Positions 62,981 to 64,000 of a DNA stretch of 64,000 nucleotides are shown here, in pieces; within the stretch, counting starts at the first letter, position 1; each line of letters begins with the position of its first letter. The position numbers and the translations under genes are program-made. Source of the stretch: Pseudovirgaria hyperparasitica. Lineage: Eukaryota. The notes under the pieces were generated by a model. It saw only the letters and a program-made list of their open reading frames with translations. It was not told the DNA's origin and made no database searches. The stretch is from NCBI GenBank assembly GCA_010093815.1, contig ML996576.1; one strand, 5' to 3'.

Positions 62981-63589
62981 TCTTGTGTTAATGTATAATG
63001 TGCGCGAGGTTGGAATTGAGATTATCACTCCCGCGGAGACACCACTGTTTGACGGGCTGCGCTGGCGGCCGCTATTATGAGGACCTGTTATGACCACTAC
63101 ACCGGGTCTCTCCTAAGTGAACCTCGATACCTTGATCACTTTCATGGGCTCGTGATCCGATTAGACGACTACTTCCCGTGCCCCAGTCCTGCGGAAGTGA
63201 ATCCAAAGCCTCACTCCAACACGCACTCAGTCTTCTACGATTTAGGAACTATTGTCCAACAAGATCCTTATTTACTTCCACTAATACAATCGCCCGAGTA
63301 AAGACCAATCTAACAGGACTAGCGCTACAGGAGAACAATAGGCCTCGTTCGGCGATGAGCATTGTTGGCAGAAGACCGAGTCAACGCGCCTTCTGCGGTC
63401 GATAGCCTTCCACCCCGGCTTGCTGTAAGTGAGATCGGCCCCATTACCATATCTACATGTTGTGCATACGTTTAACACGCTTGATAAACAAATGGGAACC
63501 TTTGTATTCCTGTCTCAATAACAACAGATTAACCGGCGAGACAGTAGCTACTTGTGTTCTGCGGATCATCTCAGGAGTACATCCTATAC

Positions 63590-64000
63590 GATACCCCTAG
63601 CAATTGGAGCTCAAAAGATCCAAGGCTGGCTTGTATCTGCCGGGTCTGGTAGCCGTCTAGGGACTTGTATCGACGTGTATCGGTTTTTGCAAGACGTACT
63701 CCGGACTTCTGGCAACACGCTTCTTCCTGGGTCTGGCAGAAGCTGGCTTGCTAGGTGTTACGGTAGTCTATCTCGCTATGTTCTACCGTCGTCATCAGCT
63801 AATGCTCCGGATCGGCCTCTTCTACTCAGCAGCTTTTCTAGCTGGGGCATTCGGTGGCCTTCTAGCCACAGGTCTTGCTCAAATCGAAACATCGAAATAT
63901 CGAGGATGGCCTTCCATTTTCTTCATTGAAGGTGCGATAGCTGTCTTGGTAGGAGCTGGCGCTATATGTTTTCTGCTACATACACCCACCTAGGCAAAGT
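63590..64000 (+). pseudogene. Decayed MFS transporter of the Dal5/Tna1 (anion:cation symporter) family
   Basis: PSNW-(frameshift about 63607)-LKRSKAGLYLPGLVAV*GLVSTCIGF...RFFLGLAEAGL...FYRRHQL..RIGLFYS...GAFGGLLA...W..IFFIEG...HTPT*AK. In-frame TAG at 63658-63660 and 63991-63993. No intact N-terminus seen. Confidence 0.8.

Noticed and set aside
1..64000. tRNA, rRNA, spliceosomal snRNA, CRISPR arrays, intact transposons
   Set aside because: No T-loop/cloverleaf, snRNA signature, repeat-spacer array, LTR/TIR or transposase motif found by eye; a tRNAscan/Rfam run is needed to exclude them formally.

Overview
Gene-dense, intron-containing genomic DNA from a filamentous ascomycete (Pezizomycotina; Dothideomycetes is a guess). 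Evidence is short GT-AG introns with CTRAC-type branch points and fungal orthologues. About 25 protein genes are supportable: a Pro-rich hypothetical gene running off the left edge, a secreted type-B carboxylesterase, a GH128 beta-1,3-glucanase, an ARMT1/DUF89 phosphatase, an intronless HypX/HoxX homologue, a DUF1330-like protein with PTS1, two SDRs, a peroxisomal acyl-CoA dehydrogenase, LSG1, a sucrose/alpha-glucoside transporter, NHX1, a GH6 cellobiohydrolase, a Sep1/Hcm1-type forkhead factor, a divergent RMP1-like gene, GPI7, ORC2, PDX1/SNZ1, an MFS transporter, COQ8, NTA1, RPL39 and a few orphans. A decayed Dal5-family MFS pseudogene sits at the right edge. I found no rRNA, tRNA, CRISPR array or intact transposon. 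Most interesting: (1) a HypX homologue with apparently intact CO-synthase motifs in a lineage not known to have [NiFe]-hydrogenases; (2) a ~2 kb non-coding gap with nested stems ending in an Sm-like site plus AUAAGU, reminiscent of fungal telomerase RNA but lacking a canonical template; (3) recurrent C-rich to G-rich skew switches independent of gene strand; (4) a candidate peroxisomal FarA-regulated mini-cluster. All gene models and motif matches were read by eye; no searches were run.
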